Source of the DNA: Raillietiella orientalis
Taxonomy: Eukaryota
Direction of reading: 5' to 3'
Assembly (NCBI GenBank): GCA_036172245.1
Contig: JAYWIR010000024.1
Location: 2,232,001-2,296,000, forward strand
DNA length: 64,000 nucleotides
The position numbers and the translations under genes are program-made. The notes under the pieces are model-generated. The model was not told the DNA's origin. It saw nothing but the letters and a program-made list of their open reading frames with translations, and did no database searches. Shown here piece after piece: positions 28,601-42,068 of the stretch (positions are counted from its first letter, which is position 1; each line of letters opens with the position of its first letter).

Positions 28601-31600
28601 TCATGACGCGCGTTAAAATACATTTGAAGTTGTTTATATACATATTCAATACCTTAAGAAAATCAACACATTAATTTATATTTTATACTATTGTGTATTC
28701 TTGATGAGGTGCTGAGAGTAGACTGTCAAGAATGAAATTGTATTAGTTTGTCTAGATCTGAAAATCACAGATAGATAGACTGCATCATTATGTACAAAAT
28801 TTGTGTTGATATAAGATGTACAGTAAGCAACAGGGCAGGAACAAAGATGCTGAAGAGCTGCATTAGCAGTTTTTCGTTTCTGATGGGCAGTTGGATAATA
28901 CGTTGCTGGTATTGAATCTAAAATGACGGATAATTGAAAGCATTGTTAAAAACAGTTGACAATAAGTTGTGTACAGTTGTAATGGTTATATGCAATTTTT
29001 TAGTGAATGCATCCATTGAGTTTAAGTTTGTACATGAATCGATATTATTAAGTTGCTTTCAGGTTCTGAAATGGAAGGGACAAAAGTTTTTAGACCACGT
29101 TGCGTTGTATCATGATTTCTGTCCTAGCAGTTGGTTTTCATCCTCAATTTTCCTTCATTAATTTTTTTTTTTGTGAAATTCATCATTTTACTCCTTTGTT
29201 ATATTATATTGCATTTTTTCCTTCACTTTGAAATAATTGCATTGTACTTCGCGGAGTCTTTGTTGATGCGAGGGTACAGTTTGAAAAAAAAAACAAAAAA
29301 AAAACAGGAGGTGCATGGTTTTGAAAACCAATTATTCATATTGTATCGATTATATTTAAATTATACGATTTCCTTATTAAGGAAACCATATATTCTCAAC
29401 TTATACGAATTGCATAGTCATATTCATCACATGTTGATGATCACAAAACTTTTCGATTTCCCTCTTTAAACTAGAATGAAAGAGCACTTCTAGGATGCTG
29501 TCAATGTTTACAAATCTTTTATAGTTTTCGAGAGTTTATAGTTATATAGTTGCTTTTATAGTTGCTATTTGTTAGGGTTGAATATTTGAATGTCTGTATA
29601 GGTATGTGTATGTATTCAAATAGCAACCTATTAAGTTGAAATATCCAACTGATTCAATATTTTATACACAATCTATACAAAACTGGGTTCTTGAAGAATT
29701 AGTTACAGTTTTGATAAAATGAATTGAATAGCAAATCTGCAAATAATTGAATTTGTTATTGTGCCCTGTTTTTTATTTGTTTTTATTGTTAAGAGAATTC
29801 AGATCATTTTTTAGGACATCTTATTTTGGAAGTTGCAACTTTCACACTTTGAAAGTTCCTTACCTGATAAGATTGAAGACGATGGAGTGCGGTTATCAAA
29901 TAGGCTCCCCAAAACCATCCTTAAGCCTTGTAGATATGGCTCTTCTTGTACTAGAACTGATTGCAAGTTTTGGCATGCAGAAAAACGTGGAAATGAAAAA
30001 CGTAATTGCATTTCTTTGTTCATTTACTGAATGTTTGGATTATATTTCTATATTAGTGTTTTTTTTCTTTTTAAAAAAAAACTATAACTCATGATTTAGG
30101 ACGATTGAATTGAATAAGTCTAGTACTTTTTCAAGAATTCAGATTTTCGTTGCAATCGATATTTTTTTTTGTTTTTGTTTTGTGGCGCCTAATTCTGTAT
30201 GGATTCTCAGATGCCTCAATACTTTGAGTAAATGAAATGAATCGCAAACCAAATTTTCAGAACAAATTACACCTTAATCAGTCATGATTAACATTAAAAA
30301 AAAAAAAATTCCCATAAATGCATGAGAGATTGGCTATGGCTTCCATTTGTAAGAATCAATCAGAGGATTGCTGTTCTGGGGAGGGCTAACGAATTAACAT
30401 GGCATTTCCGCAGATTTTTGAATAAACATGGCCTTCACCGTATTCGATGTTAACGAAAGAAGTGTAGATTCTTTCATTGGAAGTTTCAGAAACAATTCGG
30501 TACTTTTTTTCCCCACATTGCTACTGTCAAAAAAGTAGTCACCTCAAAGGTGACCAGGAATGGTCAGTAGTCACGTTAATAATAATTATATTCCATTCTC
30601 AAATGATTCGTTGAAACCGTTCCAAGCTGTTTGGCTTAGATGGAAGACGAATTCTTAACACTTGGTTGAAGCCTTGTAATTTAATGCATTCTCTTCATTA
30701 ATTTAAGATGCACAACAAGTATGCGTCAGTATATTTATTCCAGTCGTTGAATTAGAATATTTATAATCCGAAGCAATGGCACATTAAATAGCGTGATGCA
30801 CCCGAGAACATACTCAAAGCTTCAGTTATCTTGATAGTTCTTTGTTCTGCATCTCTTTTTGAAGATAGCTCCTAAAACCTATTCATTTTATACAACATTC
30901 CAGATATTACTGAATTTTATTTATCGGGTCAAACTGTTTGAACGAAAAGGTCCACTAAAATTGTAAAGCCGGTTTCTACTTCCAAAGAAGCAGTTTCAAG
31001 GTTACTCTGTTTAATTAGGGAATGTGTTATGTCATTTACTGCTGAGTAGTGTTCAGATGTGTAGAATTTTAGCGCATTTTTTTGCAGGACTTTTGTTTTT
31101 GTCTGCACATTCATCGAATTCTTTAATGATTTTCTCTTCCTGTTTACTTGTCACTGGTCGAGATTCAGCCTCCCTTCATGTTTTTCTCTATTATTTGCCT
31201 TGTTTTGATAAGGCTTCCGACACGAAAAGCCGAAAGCTCATCAAAACTTTCGGTTGTATCTTGGAGGGAGCTCTCATTTGGAAACGGACGCTAGAAACAC
31301 CAGAGTGGAACAGTGTTATTTCCTCAGCACGCCTTGTCAGCACGCAGGATTCGAGCGAAATGGTTTCAGTCCATGCTTGTTGTATTCCAATAGGTGAGAA
31401 TCATCCGAACACTTGGTTACCTCTGCACATTCAAATGAAGCTTGAAGAAGATGGCAAGCTGAGCATCAGGAACTCCAGGGAGGACGATGACGAAAGAGTA
31501 ATGCGTTTTCTATGTGTTCACAAGCATGTCAAGTTTTTCCTCCATAGGACGAAGCTTCCGAAGATAAAAACCCGTGGTTAGACTATGATCTCACTGGTGT

Positions 31601-34600
31601 CGTTTGCCACATCGCCGATCCGAAGTATCCCGATAAAAACAACCTTGTTAGTTGCATACGAGTTGGGAGTTCCTATCATTTTCGTTTCAACTGCAATCCT
31701 ATGGTGCAGTGGTATTTGTTTAATGACTTTAGGTACGGTTTGTGTGATTCTGTGTTCTTTGGGAGAAATGCATTCATAGCATTGGGGTTTTTGATTTCAT
31801 CAAGATTTGGGAAGCACTTGGGTGGAGGGGGGGAATTGGTGGACCTGGTGAGTTTTCGCCCTCTTCAGCCCAAGCGCTTCCTTCTAATGGAACGTCCTTC
31901 ATGCTGGTTGTTGAGCTCTTCGGGGCATCATATGCTAAGAGCGCGCGTCTTGCACATGCGGGTAATCCTGAACAGGTCCCAGCTATTCGCGTCAGTTAGC
32001 ACATGCTCCATTCTCCTGATACATCCTTTCTGTAACTTTTCCCAGTGATGTGTAGATCACTCCTTGGGCAGCGGGTGCCAAACCCAACCCGCTTCTCGAA
32101 AGAGAGGGCAGCATTCTCTTATCCCGGCTGCAGCTGCCCTGTGTGGAGCGGTTTGATTTCGGAGGTTACAGGCTGCAGTGTTTTTTTTATCGTTTTGCAT
32201 TTTCGCATTTTCCTGCCTCTTCCCCCTCGCACACGACATTTCTGAAATTCAAGTGTTTGCTCATCTTCTCAGTCTGCTGCTTGCTACCGATGGGCAAGGC
32301 ATTTGCATCCGTGTTGTTTTAAAGGTTTGTTCTAACACGAGCTTCCTTCATTTTCACCTAGTTGCCCAACCGTATCCAAATTTGTATCGCATTTGTTGGG
32401 ATATTTGGAGAGCATCAGCGTGAAGATCGTCGCCACAGCACTGCGGATATGACAATCCGAAGCAAGTGGATCAGCTCTGCAGCAGAGACTTCAGATCGCG
32501 ATTTTATACCTTTCACGGGTTTCACAAAAGCCAAACCATTTCATCCCTCTTACGTGTTTTGGTCATTTTTATTTTTAGAATCGCGAGTGGTTTCATCTGA
32601 TACGATTTGTTTTTGAGCTTTGACGATGTGATGAGCGCTGGCCATATCTGGTATGCGCTCTCAAAATTTTCGTGTACCAGAAAGTATTTTAAAAGTCTCC
32701 ATGCTTTGCCTTGAAATTTGTTGTCTTTTGTCCTGCTTCTTCTTCCCTGTATTACGGCTTCAAGTTTATTCACGCAGTTCCAAGGCATGGTCAGGACGAC
32801 TTGTTGCTGGACCATTGTATGCTTGTGAGACCTACAATCTGTGAACGACGACTAGCAGTTTCTCGGTTGTTTGCAAATATCTGGCTATAGTTATATGACG
32901 CAAATTTGTTTATTGTTATGAGCATGTTTTTTTCCTTTTTTCTTTTCCTGTGCGATGATCTTCTTACTCTTTGTTTTTTCAGTATCACACCGATATGTCC
33001 AGAAGAATCTGTGTGTTTCCCCTTGGATTGGAAGACTCCATGCGTCCTGTATTGGTGTAAAAGAACGATTTCCCTTGCTTCACCTTCAGTTGAAAAAAAT
33101 CCCATAACTGCAGATGTTTTCCGCGAAGATAAATCACTAGCTCAGAAGTCCTTGTTAAATATAACATTCATTCCCTTGAACGCAAATGAAATGCCCAAAA
33201 AAGGTAAGTTTTTAAAAAAAATCCGCACTTCTTCTAACTTCAAACTATTGCAAGCTTATCCGCGTTTCGAGAACTTTCAGGAGTTGCTTAGTTTTAGCCA
33301 TTTATTACTGTTGATCATTTTGAGCCGAGAAACATTACGTGGTTGCCGAAGCATGTGATTGTGTGAGCCAGTTTTTTTTATTTTGAGCTTTTCATGAAAA
33401 ACCACGATTCCTGAAGGTAGCTGTTTGATTTTGTGTACTGTTTGAAGCCAATTTTAGGATTACTTTCTTGTGCACGCTGCTACTCGATTCTTAGAGGATG
33501 CAATGGAGCTAGGGTTGTGTTTTTCTTCTTGCACCATAAACCACTAGTGAACTTGCCGTGACACAGAGGCCATGGGGTTTCCTGGAATGATGAAGCACGC
33601 TGAATGTATGTAACTCTCCTCATGTGCGATACAAGCTTATAGAAAGCAATATTTCTCATAAAAAGTTGCAACTTTTTAGGAGAAATATTTCTTTGAGCTG
33701 TTTCGCTACGAACTAAAAGAATACACAGACGTTCAGATACAGATACATCATCGTAAGCATGATTGGAAAGTTTTGTGGCCCGATGTTACTAATCTGTGCT
33801 CCTGTTTACACGGTACATAACAGTGCGTCGTGCATAGTATTATATTGTCACGTAGGTAATGTACGGAAGTAGTGTGTATCTGTTTCTGTTCAAAAACAAA
33901 TGGTAACCTCTGGCACATACTACTATGACTTGCTTACATACCGTCAGGTTCATCATCACCCGTTTGTTTACAGTTGCATTCATCATCATCAACATCCGTT
34001 TGTTCGCCTGCTTTGCTTTTGTACGAACCCCCCACATCACAAATTGTCACGCCAGCAGTGCTTCTGACCGATAGACGTGACCTTTCCACACTTTTCAGTC
34101 GTCTTTGAAGACACTCGTTTTAACTGAGGCAGCTTTTCACTCGTTTCAACACTCCTCTGCGTCTTTCAAGACAGCAAATCGAAAGCTTTTTATTTATTTA
34201 TTTTTTTTTTCCGCTTTTTTGCTTTTCATTGCCGGTTTCCAGAATTCCAGAATTTTATCGGGATTCATTGCATTGCATGAAAAAAGCATCTCTCACTATT
34301 CTGCTGCTATTGCATTTGATCGAAAGGACCAGGAAGATTTGCTACGTCGTTGAATGCTAACAGATTGAATTCTTCCGAGGACGTTATTCATTTCGCAGTG
34401 CTTTTGCTATTACTGCAACCTTTTTGTTCTCCGCAGTCATGCGGCGGAATTCGTTTCAAAAATTCTGTTTCCTGTGAATAGGTGGATACGGAATTCTGCG
34501 AGCTGTGTAATCAGCTGATAAAGTTGTCATCATTTGGACAAGTTTGCGCAGTTACAGAAATTGCCGATTTCTTCTTTCTTCTGTAACCTGTTGAATGCAG

Positions 34601-37600
34601 CAGCATTAAAAGAAAATCGAGAATTCCGCTTTGGGTGGTGTGCGCAGTCAGTTGTACAGTAGAGCTCGCAGTTTTTCCAAAGATGCTTTTCGAAGATTCT
34701 TCAAAGCATCTTAGAGGAAGTGGAGCTAAACAAATCAATTGCATAACTTCGTGACCCATGGTATCTCTATCGCACTGTGTGTGCGGTTGCCTTGAGACGA
34801 GGCCTGCTATCTTTCAAGGAACCTTCGCATGCATTTCAAACTTTATCCCATTCCATCTGCGGTTAAAGGGGGTTGTTTTTTTTACTTGATTTATGTGTCT
34901 TTTTTGTATACTGTTTACAACCAGCCTTCATCCTTCTGTGTAGTTGGTGAGTTGTTGTTGGCGGTTAGTTAATGTTCTGTTGGTCAGAGTGAAGGTGGTC
35001 TTCCCTTTGTGAAAGGTTCTTCCAAAATTATCTAAATCTGTATCGGAAAATTTTGTTCTCGTCTGTCTTGGTAGGTTCAAAGTACATCTTGTTTTGAAAA
35101 TAAAGAAGGAAAAAAAAAGCTGGATTATATTTGTTCTCGTAATTAGAGGGCGAATCAGAACGGGATTTCAGTTACAAGTACTTGACTGGAGAAATGGGGA
35201 TTTTTTTTCCCGTAGAAGTATATCGAATTGAAAATTAGTTGCTTGCTGTTCCTTTCCCCGGATTGTTTCTTTCCCATCTTCGTGAAGTTCGTGCATTGAT
35301 TTATTGTAAACGCCCTTCTTGGCTTGTCCACGCATTCTTCTTGATGCCCATATTCTCTTTATTATATTCTCTTGTATGGTACCAGAAGTGTTGCCTCGAA
35401 TTGCTTTTACGTGAAAAGTCGAAAAGGTCGTTTTTGAATTATTTCGTAATGTGTTTGCGACATTGCTTTACGGCGAGTCGGTGCCATCTCGTGTGATAGA
35501 AGGGTTGGTTGCAAGGTGTAAATCTGAGCGTCATGGCGTTAATTGGTATCGTGTTGACGTTTACCCTCGGGCACCTTCGTTTTCCATGCTCAGCTTTTTG
35601 GATGGCAGATGCGATGAAATGTGCCGAAACTGCATTCTCAAAGGAAACTCTTGAGGAGATCTAGTTCTTGTACCGTTCAAATGTGCCCACTGATTTGCGT
35701 TTCACTTTACGTTCCGACTTCCGAATTACGTTATGTGAACAACAGCGCAGGAACTGTGCTATAGTTGATTGCTGAATCACTTTTGATTTTTAAAAAGTTC
35801 TTCCACTTGTTTTCAAGGTGAACTCGTAGCCATAGATGCCGAATTCGTTAGTCTCAACCAGGAAGAAGCCGTCGTCAGGAGTGATGGAACACTCTCAACC
35901 ATCAAGCCTTCGCAGATGTCGGTTGCAAGGATCACCTGCATAAGAGGGTCAGTAACGAATTGCCTGAAGGGTGCGATCATCCCTTTACTCACGTCTGCGT
36001 GGTACATTCAAAATGCTGCCATCAGTCCATCCTCACAGCTGTTGGAGATGCTTGCCGTTAGGTTTTGTTTTGGTTTCGTGGGAAGCATTCATGGATGTTC
36101 ATTCTTGATAATTAAGCTGCTAGTTCCTACAAAGTCTTCCTTTCAGAGGTAGATCTCCTGGAGGTAGACCAACCATTCAGAGCAGCTCTTCCTCAAAAAA
36201 GAAAGAAAGAAAAGCACGTCTTTCCTTTCATCGTTGAAGAAAAAGATAGTTGATAGATAATTGAGGATTTGATGTTTGAATCGCAATGGAAAGCATATGC
36301 TGGAGAAGTCCCGCTGCATTTTTTGCAATCTTACAACTCGTCTCGAATTTTCATTTCTTTGTTTAATGTTCCAAACCTTGGAAGATCGTGTGTCTGCGCT
36401 CTGACGCTGGCACGGATCCGAACGGCAGTTCGCGGGAACTGCCGTACATCCGCTGAGCGGCTTCGACTCCTGGTCTTCTTTTTTCCTGGTTTTCGGTTTC
36501 TGTTCTAGCGTCAGTGTTTGCAGTGTACTTCTTGATGCGCCCTTCATGTCTCTCTACCCAGCTTTTGTTGCACATGTTGAGACTTCGTCCCTGCCCTCCA
36601 TCCTCACGCGTCTCTTTCGGTACATTTGGGATGTCTTGTCTCATTTCTGTGAATATGCCCTTCCTCCTCCTCATGCACGTGCCGAAAAGCAGTTGGGTGG
36701 AGGCGACGGTTGGTTTGCTGAAGGTTGCACGCAGCCAGCTCATTGTAACGCGTGTTTCGTTCTCCCGGTGGTGCAAACCATTCCTCCATCCCATGTGCTT
36801 TCCTCGAAAAGTCTGACCTCTTTATCAAGGGTCGTGCACAAAGACTCCATGGTTTCGCCGGTTTGTCTAGGGACCCTGGAGGTTCCGAAGAGCTTATTGA
36901 AGAGATTGCATATTCAAAAATGTTCGCAAGCAGTGTGTTCGACGTATGTGGAACGTGGAGCTGAGCGTTCAAGATGCTGGACTGCTCTGCCACCGTGTTT
37001 TTATCGGAATTCGCGCCTTTATAGAACGACAACCCTGAATACACTGCAAGCGTTCAGTTGTATGTGACCGACGTCCGAATGTGACCGTGTTCACCGTAAA
37101 CCATTGGTTTCTTCATTTCCTTTTTGCAGCATTTGGAATCGACAACGTGTGAGCATAGCGCGAGTGACTCCATAAACACAGACAATCGTGTCTCGTTTTT
37201 CGGTTTCGATCTATGGTTCCGATCGCTTCCTTGATTCGCATTTTGACGTGAAGTTCACAATGTGAAGTTTCATCACAGGATTTTATGGGACAACCGCATT
37301 TTTGTTCTTGACGATCCCCCTCGTAACCATATTTGTGTGTGTGCGTGTGTGTGTGATACCTTGAAAAAGACCGAGGGACGAGGATGGGATTTGTTGTCGG
37401 ACGATGTGGTGGTTGGTCTAAATGGTTGTCAAGACTTGTGGGGACGTAATGCTTAAGGTTAGTGAATTCGTTAATTTGTCTTGGACAAAAGGCTCTTGTG
37501 GAACAGTGGGGGAATCGGTGATCGTTTTGGGTCACAGGAACGTAAACTATTGGTCGTCGTATGCTAAACTACAGCTTTTGTGATTTATTGAAATAAAAAA

Positions 37601-40222
37601 AACGCAGTTTCACGGACACATTGTAATGCAGGCGGTTTAGCACTTGACGCCTGTATAATTTTCTTCATGAGACCTTGTGAAAGACTTTACAGGTGAGTGC
37701 TACTTCCAACTGCTTGAGTTTTTTGCCTGATCTGCTCAGCAGAAATTGTGAAGAGCGAGTAGAGCATTTGGCTGCACAACGTCTCTTATGTGCGTCTTAA
37801 AGCTGGCTCCCCATCATGCTGATAGTTCATGCCCGTAGTGACGTTCTTGCCTTTCTGGGAAAAGGCGGTTGCTTGTTGGTATACCCTTTTTACGACTGCG
37901 CTCGGAGAGAGTATCGTTTCTTTAAAAAAAATAAAAAAGAAGAAGAGTAAACTGCATTCTGGTAGTTTTCGGACTAACTGACAGTCTTACAATTTCGCTT
38001 TCATGATCTTCAAACGTTGTACTTTACTATTCCTCTCGTAAATGTTTCGTCTTTCTGTAGTTTGTGGACATTTTCTTATATGGCTCTAGGGATGAGGACA
38101 TGATGGAAAAAAGATCGTCACAGCTGTTGGTTCTCTGCTGTTGAATAGACAATTTGGTTCACTATTAGAAAACGGTTGACATAAAGAGTGGCATGGTGAC
38201 CATACATATGTAATTTGCCTTCGGATGACAATTAATGTGTATTTGAGTATATGTTTGAAGTCATTCGTTCATCTCGTGTGTTTTCCGCGGAAAGTCTGAA
38301 CTCTGACCTCTTTGCTAAGTATCATGCAGAAATCAAGTTGCCTGTGGTCTGCTCACAATGCCTGCGGCAGTTGTTAAAGGAGGTATTGTCTCAGGCAATT
38401 ATAATTATTCATCTAAAGGTATCTAATTATTCATCTAATCATTCATTCATCTTAAGAATGATGATGGAATCTGTTAAACCCTTAAGCTGAAATGGTTCTG
38501 TTTTCAAGAATTGTGTGCACTCATTTGCAATACATCGACCGAGCCGTGTAATTGTCCGTATTTCCATATGCCGGTGTGTTTATCAACATATGTTCTCGCC
38601 GAATTGATGTGTGGCCAAAAGGCATAGCAATGAAGTGCTCAGCTGGATTTCGGTCCTCGCTTTAGCTCCCTTCCGTTCACGTCGTTGCACTCGACACCTA
38701 ATTCTCAGCATCGCTGTTCCCCTCGACTAGCATTCGCAGGTCCAGTAGGGGCACCTGTGGTCCCTTATTGCCTGCTCACATTGCCACACCGTTAAACTGT
38801 TCAGAAGAGCGGGAAAAGTCTTCATGCCTTCATCGTGTCTTCATTCTTCCAAAGGCGGGAAGTGCTTCGCTGTAGAAGAGCATCCGTCTTGCGTGCTGTG
38901 TTTGCCTTGGAGACGATTCGTGTTGGCAGCTGGTGAACCGAGGGAATTCCCCTTGCTTCTCTGCATTCGGGATACCGCGATCCCGAAGGATTCTTGTGAA
39001 TCACCCAGTTTATTCATTTCAAAGTCATTACCTACGGGCTTTCCACGAACCCGTTCGTTCCTGTGTGTGGTCAGCAAATGAATCCTTGTAACTTTTTAGT
39101 GTAAGATTCCGCTGTGACAATGATCGAGGTGTTTTCCCGGTAACCTTGCAAGGGGGGTAGCAATATTCCATCGGGGCAAAATTTTGCCTTTGTTAGGGGG
39201 AGGGCCAGATTGACTGCTGAGCAACGGTGTTGATCATTGACGAGAACAGCTCACTCCCGCATTTGCTTGATGTCGCTTCCATTTCTGTCACCGTAGGCAA
39301 GGAGCTAGAGAAGGAGTTCCGTTCATCGACGACTACATCTCCACTCAAGAGCAGGTGGTCGATTACCTGACCCGGTTTTCTGGGATCCAGCCTGGTGATC
39401 TGGACGCCAATTGCTCATCAAAACACCTGACAACCCTCAAATCGACTTACTTGAAACTTAGGTGGCTCATCGACGTGGGTGTCGTGTTTGTCGGACACGG
39501 CTTGAAGAACGACTTCAGGTGAAGTGCACGTTCCTTGGCTCTTTTCGCTGTTGGGATGCGGCACGTTAACTGTATGCCCCGCCAGTGGACTTTACATCCA
39601 GATTTGCGATGTGATGCGATGGTTTGTTTGTGTCTCGGGAGGGGCCAGGTGTAAGGGAAGCAAAGAAATATTGAGGCCTGCCGTTTTTAGTACGGATTTT
39701 TTGTAATTTGCCTCCCTTTTCAGAGTCATCAACATTTCTGTTCCTTCAGAGCAGATTATAGACACAGTGTCCTTGTTCCATTTGCCCCATCAGAGGATGG
39801 TGTCCTTGCGGTTCCTTGCCTGGCACTTCCTCAGTAAGTAGAGCGTTTTCTTGCCTGGTCCTTTGACCAAGTGGCCAAACTTTTCTTTCCTTGCTTCTCG
39901 CCGGTCTCCATCGGGCGTGATCCTCTTGCTCATTCAGACTATGTGTGAGCCACAGGAAACGTTGGTCACCTGAGATTTGTTACGAAGCAGCCTTGGGCAT
40001 TTCCTGCGTCTCTTCATTAACAACTGACGTTCCCCTCGTCTCCTAGATATGAAGATCCAAGCTGGGAACCACGATAGCATCGAAGATGCCAGGGCAGCCT
40101 TGAAGCTGTATAAGAAGCATCAGGAGCTGCTAAAGGAAGGCGTCATCAACGAGAAGCTGATCGAGTTATATGAAATTGGCAAGTCTCTTCAGTGGAAAGT
40201 CCCAGGGGTGGACGAATTCTGA
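19632..40222 (+). CDS. PAN2: PAN2 poly(A)-specific ribonuclease subunit (WD40 + inactive UCH + DEDDh exonuclease), ~21 exons
   Basis: Exons approx. 19632-19671, 19720-19883, 20363-20532, 20965-21088, 22444-22640, 24351-24558, 24637-24917, 25126-25222, 25336-25563, 25745-25987, 27124-27235, 27747-27968, 28018-28190, 29815-30001, 31394-31497, 31548-31732, 32983-33203, 35818-35947, 39297-39518, 39724-39833, 40047-40222. Motifs: [108 protein letters not shown]. The first-exon boundary is less certain. Confidence 0.96.
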
Positions 40223-40233
40223 TTCCATTTTGT

Positions 40234-40239
40234 AATAAA
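40234..40239 (+). promoter_or_regulatory. Candidate polyadenylation signal of PAN2
   Basis: AATAAA 12 nt after the PAN2 stop codon, followed by a T-rich stretch. Confidence 0.5.
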
Positions 40240-41947
40240 GATCCTATATTTTCCGTGCTCCCCAACTCCACGATGGGACGGCATTAGACTGTCGGCCGCA
40301 GTCTTGCGGAGAAGCAGGCGGATCGGCCATCACCGCCCGCCGGTAGTACGCGGGCGAACGGCGTATCGCTTGCCAGCCGAAGAATGGCGACTTCCGTGGA
40401 AGCGACTGCTGCCAAGCGGCGGCGAAGCGGAGGGGGAACGCGGAAACTTTGACACGAGGTGGGCGGGTGACCTCACAGATTGCGCTGCCGGGAGGAAGAA
40501 CGTGTGGATTCGGTGCTCAGAGTCAGGGGGAAGAGGCGCACGTCCTTTGTTTGCCCCGAAAGGCGGGCGACAGCCGTGCCCCTCCCCTCCCCTCCCCTTC
40601 TATGATTGAAGATGAAGGGGAGTGACACAATTTGTCTCCAGATGAAGCCGTGCTTTGAAACAGCCATTTTTGTGAAGAGGAGACCCTCCGGATGGAGCGA
40701 AGACGGCTCTCGTGATTCCAGATACTCTGCGTGCAATCTGGCGAGGAGGAGTAGGAAGGGAGAGAGAGGGGAAAGGGGGCCTGCAGCAGCGCGGCTGTAG
40801 CGCCACTTCGTCGGTCCGAGACGGCGCATCTCTGGCGAGCTCCCTCCGAGCTTCCCCGTCATATCCCCCGCCGATTTAACTGCTGCCGCCGACACCAGAC
40901 TGCAACTGCGGGAAAGGCAGAGACGGGAAAGGATGTGGTGTTATCAAGCGGCCGCCAGTGTACGTGCGAAGGCAGGTTTCAGGAGATGGTGATCCCGCCG
41001 CCCCGTGTTCCCATGTTGGACTTCCTTGACGTTGGGACAGGACCCTGGGCTCGTCAGGGAATTCGGTGTTCATCCCGCACTACGGTGCCTTCTCGCGGGC
41101 CAGACTTTCTCTGAAGTAGTCCGGTTCGTGCTGATGCAGCAGACCACCCTCCCGTAAGGGATTCTTCGGGGGCGATCGGCGGCGCCACAGTGTCTCCGGA
41201 AAAGCGGGAGAAGGAAGAACATGTTCCGCGGCCACCTCTCTCGCTTTGTTGCTCGCTTCCACTGCCTGCCGCTATGGGAAACGTCCCGGATTCTTCCCCG
41301 GTCTCTCAGCTCGCCATGGTCCTGGAGGGACAGGGAGCTTCTTCCTCCCCTTCCCTACTCCTTTCCTTTTGTTCCCGGGAGCGGAGGAGGCGTTCGAGGC
41401 TTCTGGGGAAGGTACTCAAGAGTTCCGGACGCTCGCAGGGTGGTTACCCGTCGTGCTCCCAAAAGAGGGCACCCGGAGGTTTGTCTCCTTCCCTCTTTCT
41501 CTGCCCGCCTCCAGAGGCGTCGTGTAGAACTGCCGGCTCCTCTGCATAGAAGGGATTCCGTCGGAGGTTACCTGGGTGGCGGAAGGAGCAAGAGAACTCC
41601 TCCCGGTAAATTCGCTTTCCCTTTTTTCGTGTGGGAGAAGTTCAGATCAGCGCGAGACGCCAGGGCACAGCTGCCCGCCCACTAGAGTCCATCTTGTCCT
41701 CCTACTGGAGCCCTTCTATGTTGGTCGCGCACGCACCTGCACATCAAGCGGCGGGGAAGTTCTGGTTTGCTCCCCACGCTGCTTGCGGTGTCCGTTCTTC
41801 CCTCTCCACTCTCCCCGCCCGTTCCTCTTCTGTCTCGTCCGCAGGCGTTCCCCCTGGATCAAGTAGCACCACGACTGGCGACCTTCTCATCCCTTTTGCC
41901 AGTCGCGCCCTGCGCGCGCCGCTTCTTCCTCGCTCCCCCCACCTCCC

Positions 41948-41978
<31 letters not shown>

Positions 41979-42068
41979 GGAAGAAAGTTGCCGCGGTTGC
42001 ATTGCCTGGGTGCCGTGGCAGGAGAGGGGGAGGTTGGATGAGGATGCGATGATGCGAGAGAAGAATCC

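Noticed and set aside
36269..37535. Several 100-170 aa ORFs in a large PAN2 intron
   Set aside because: No recognisable transposase, RT or host-gene motifs.
40876..41262. Two same-frame minus-strand ORFs separated by one TAG (possible readthrough or pseudogene)
   Set aside because: No recognisable domain; such lengths are expected at this GC content.
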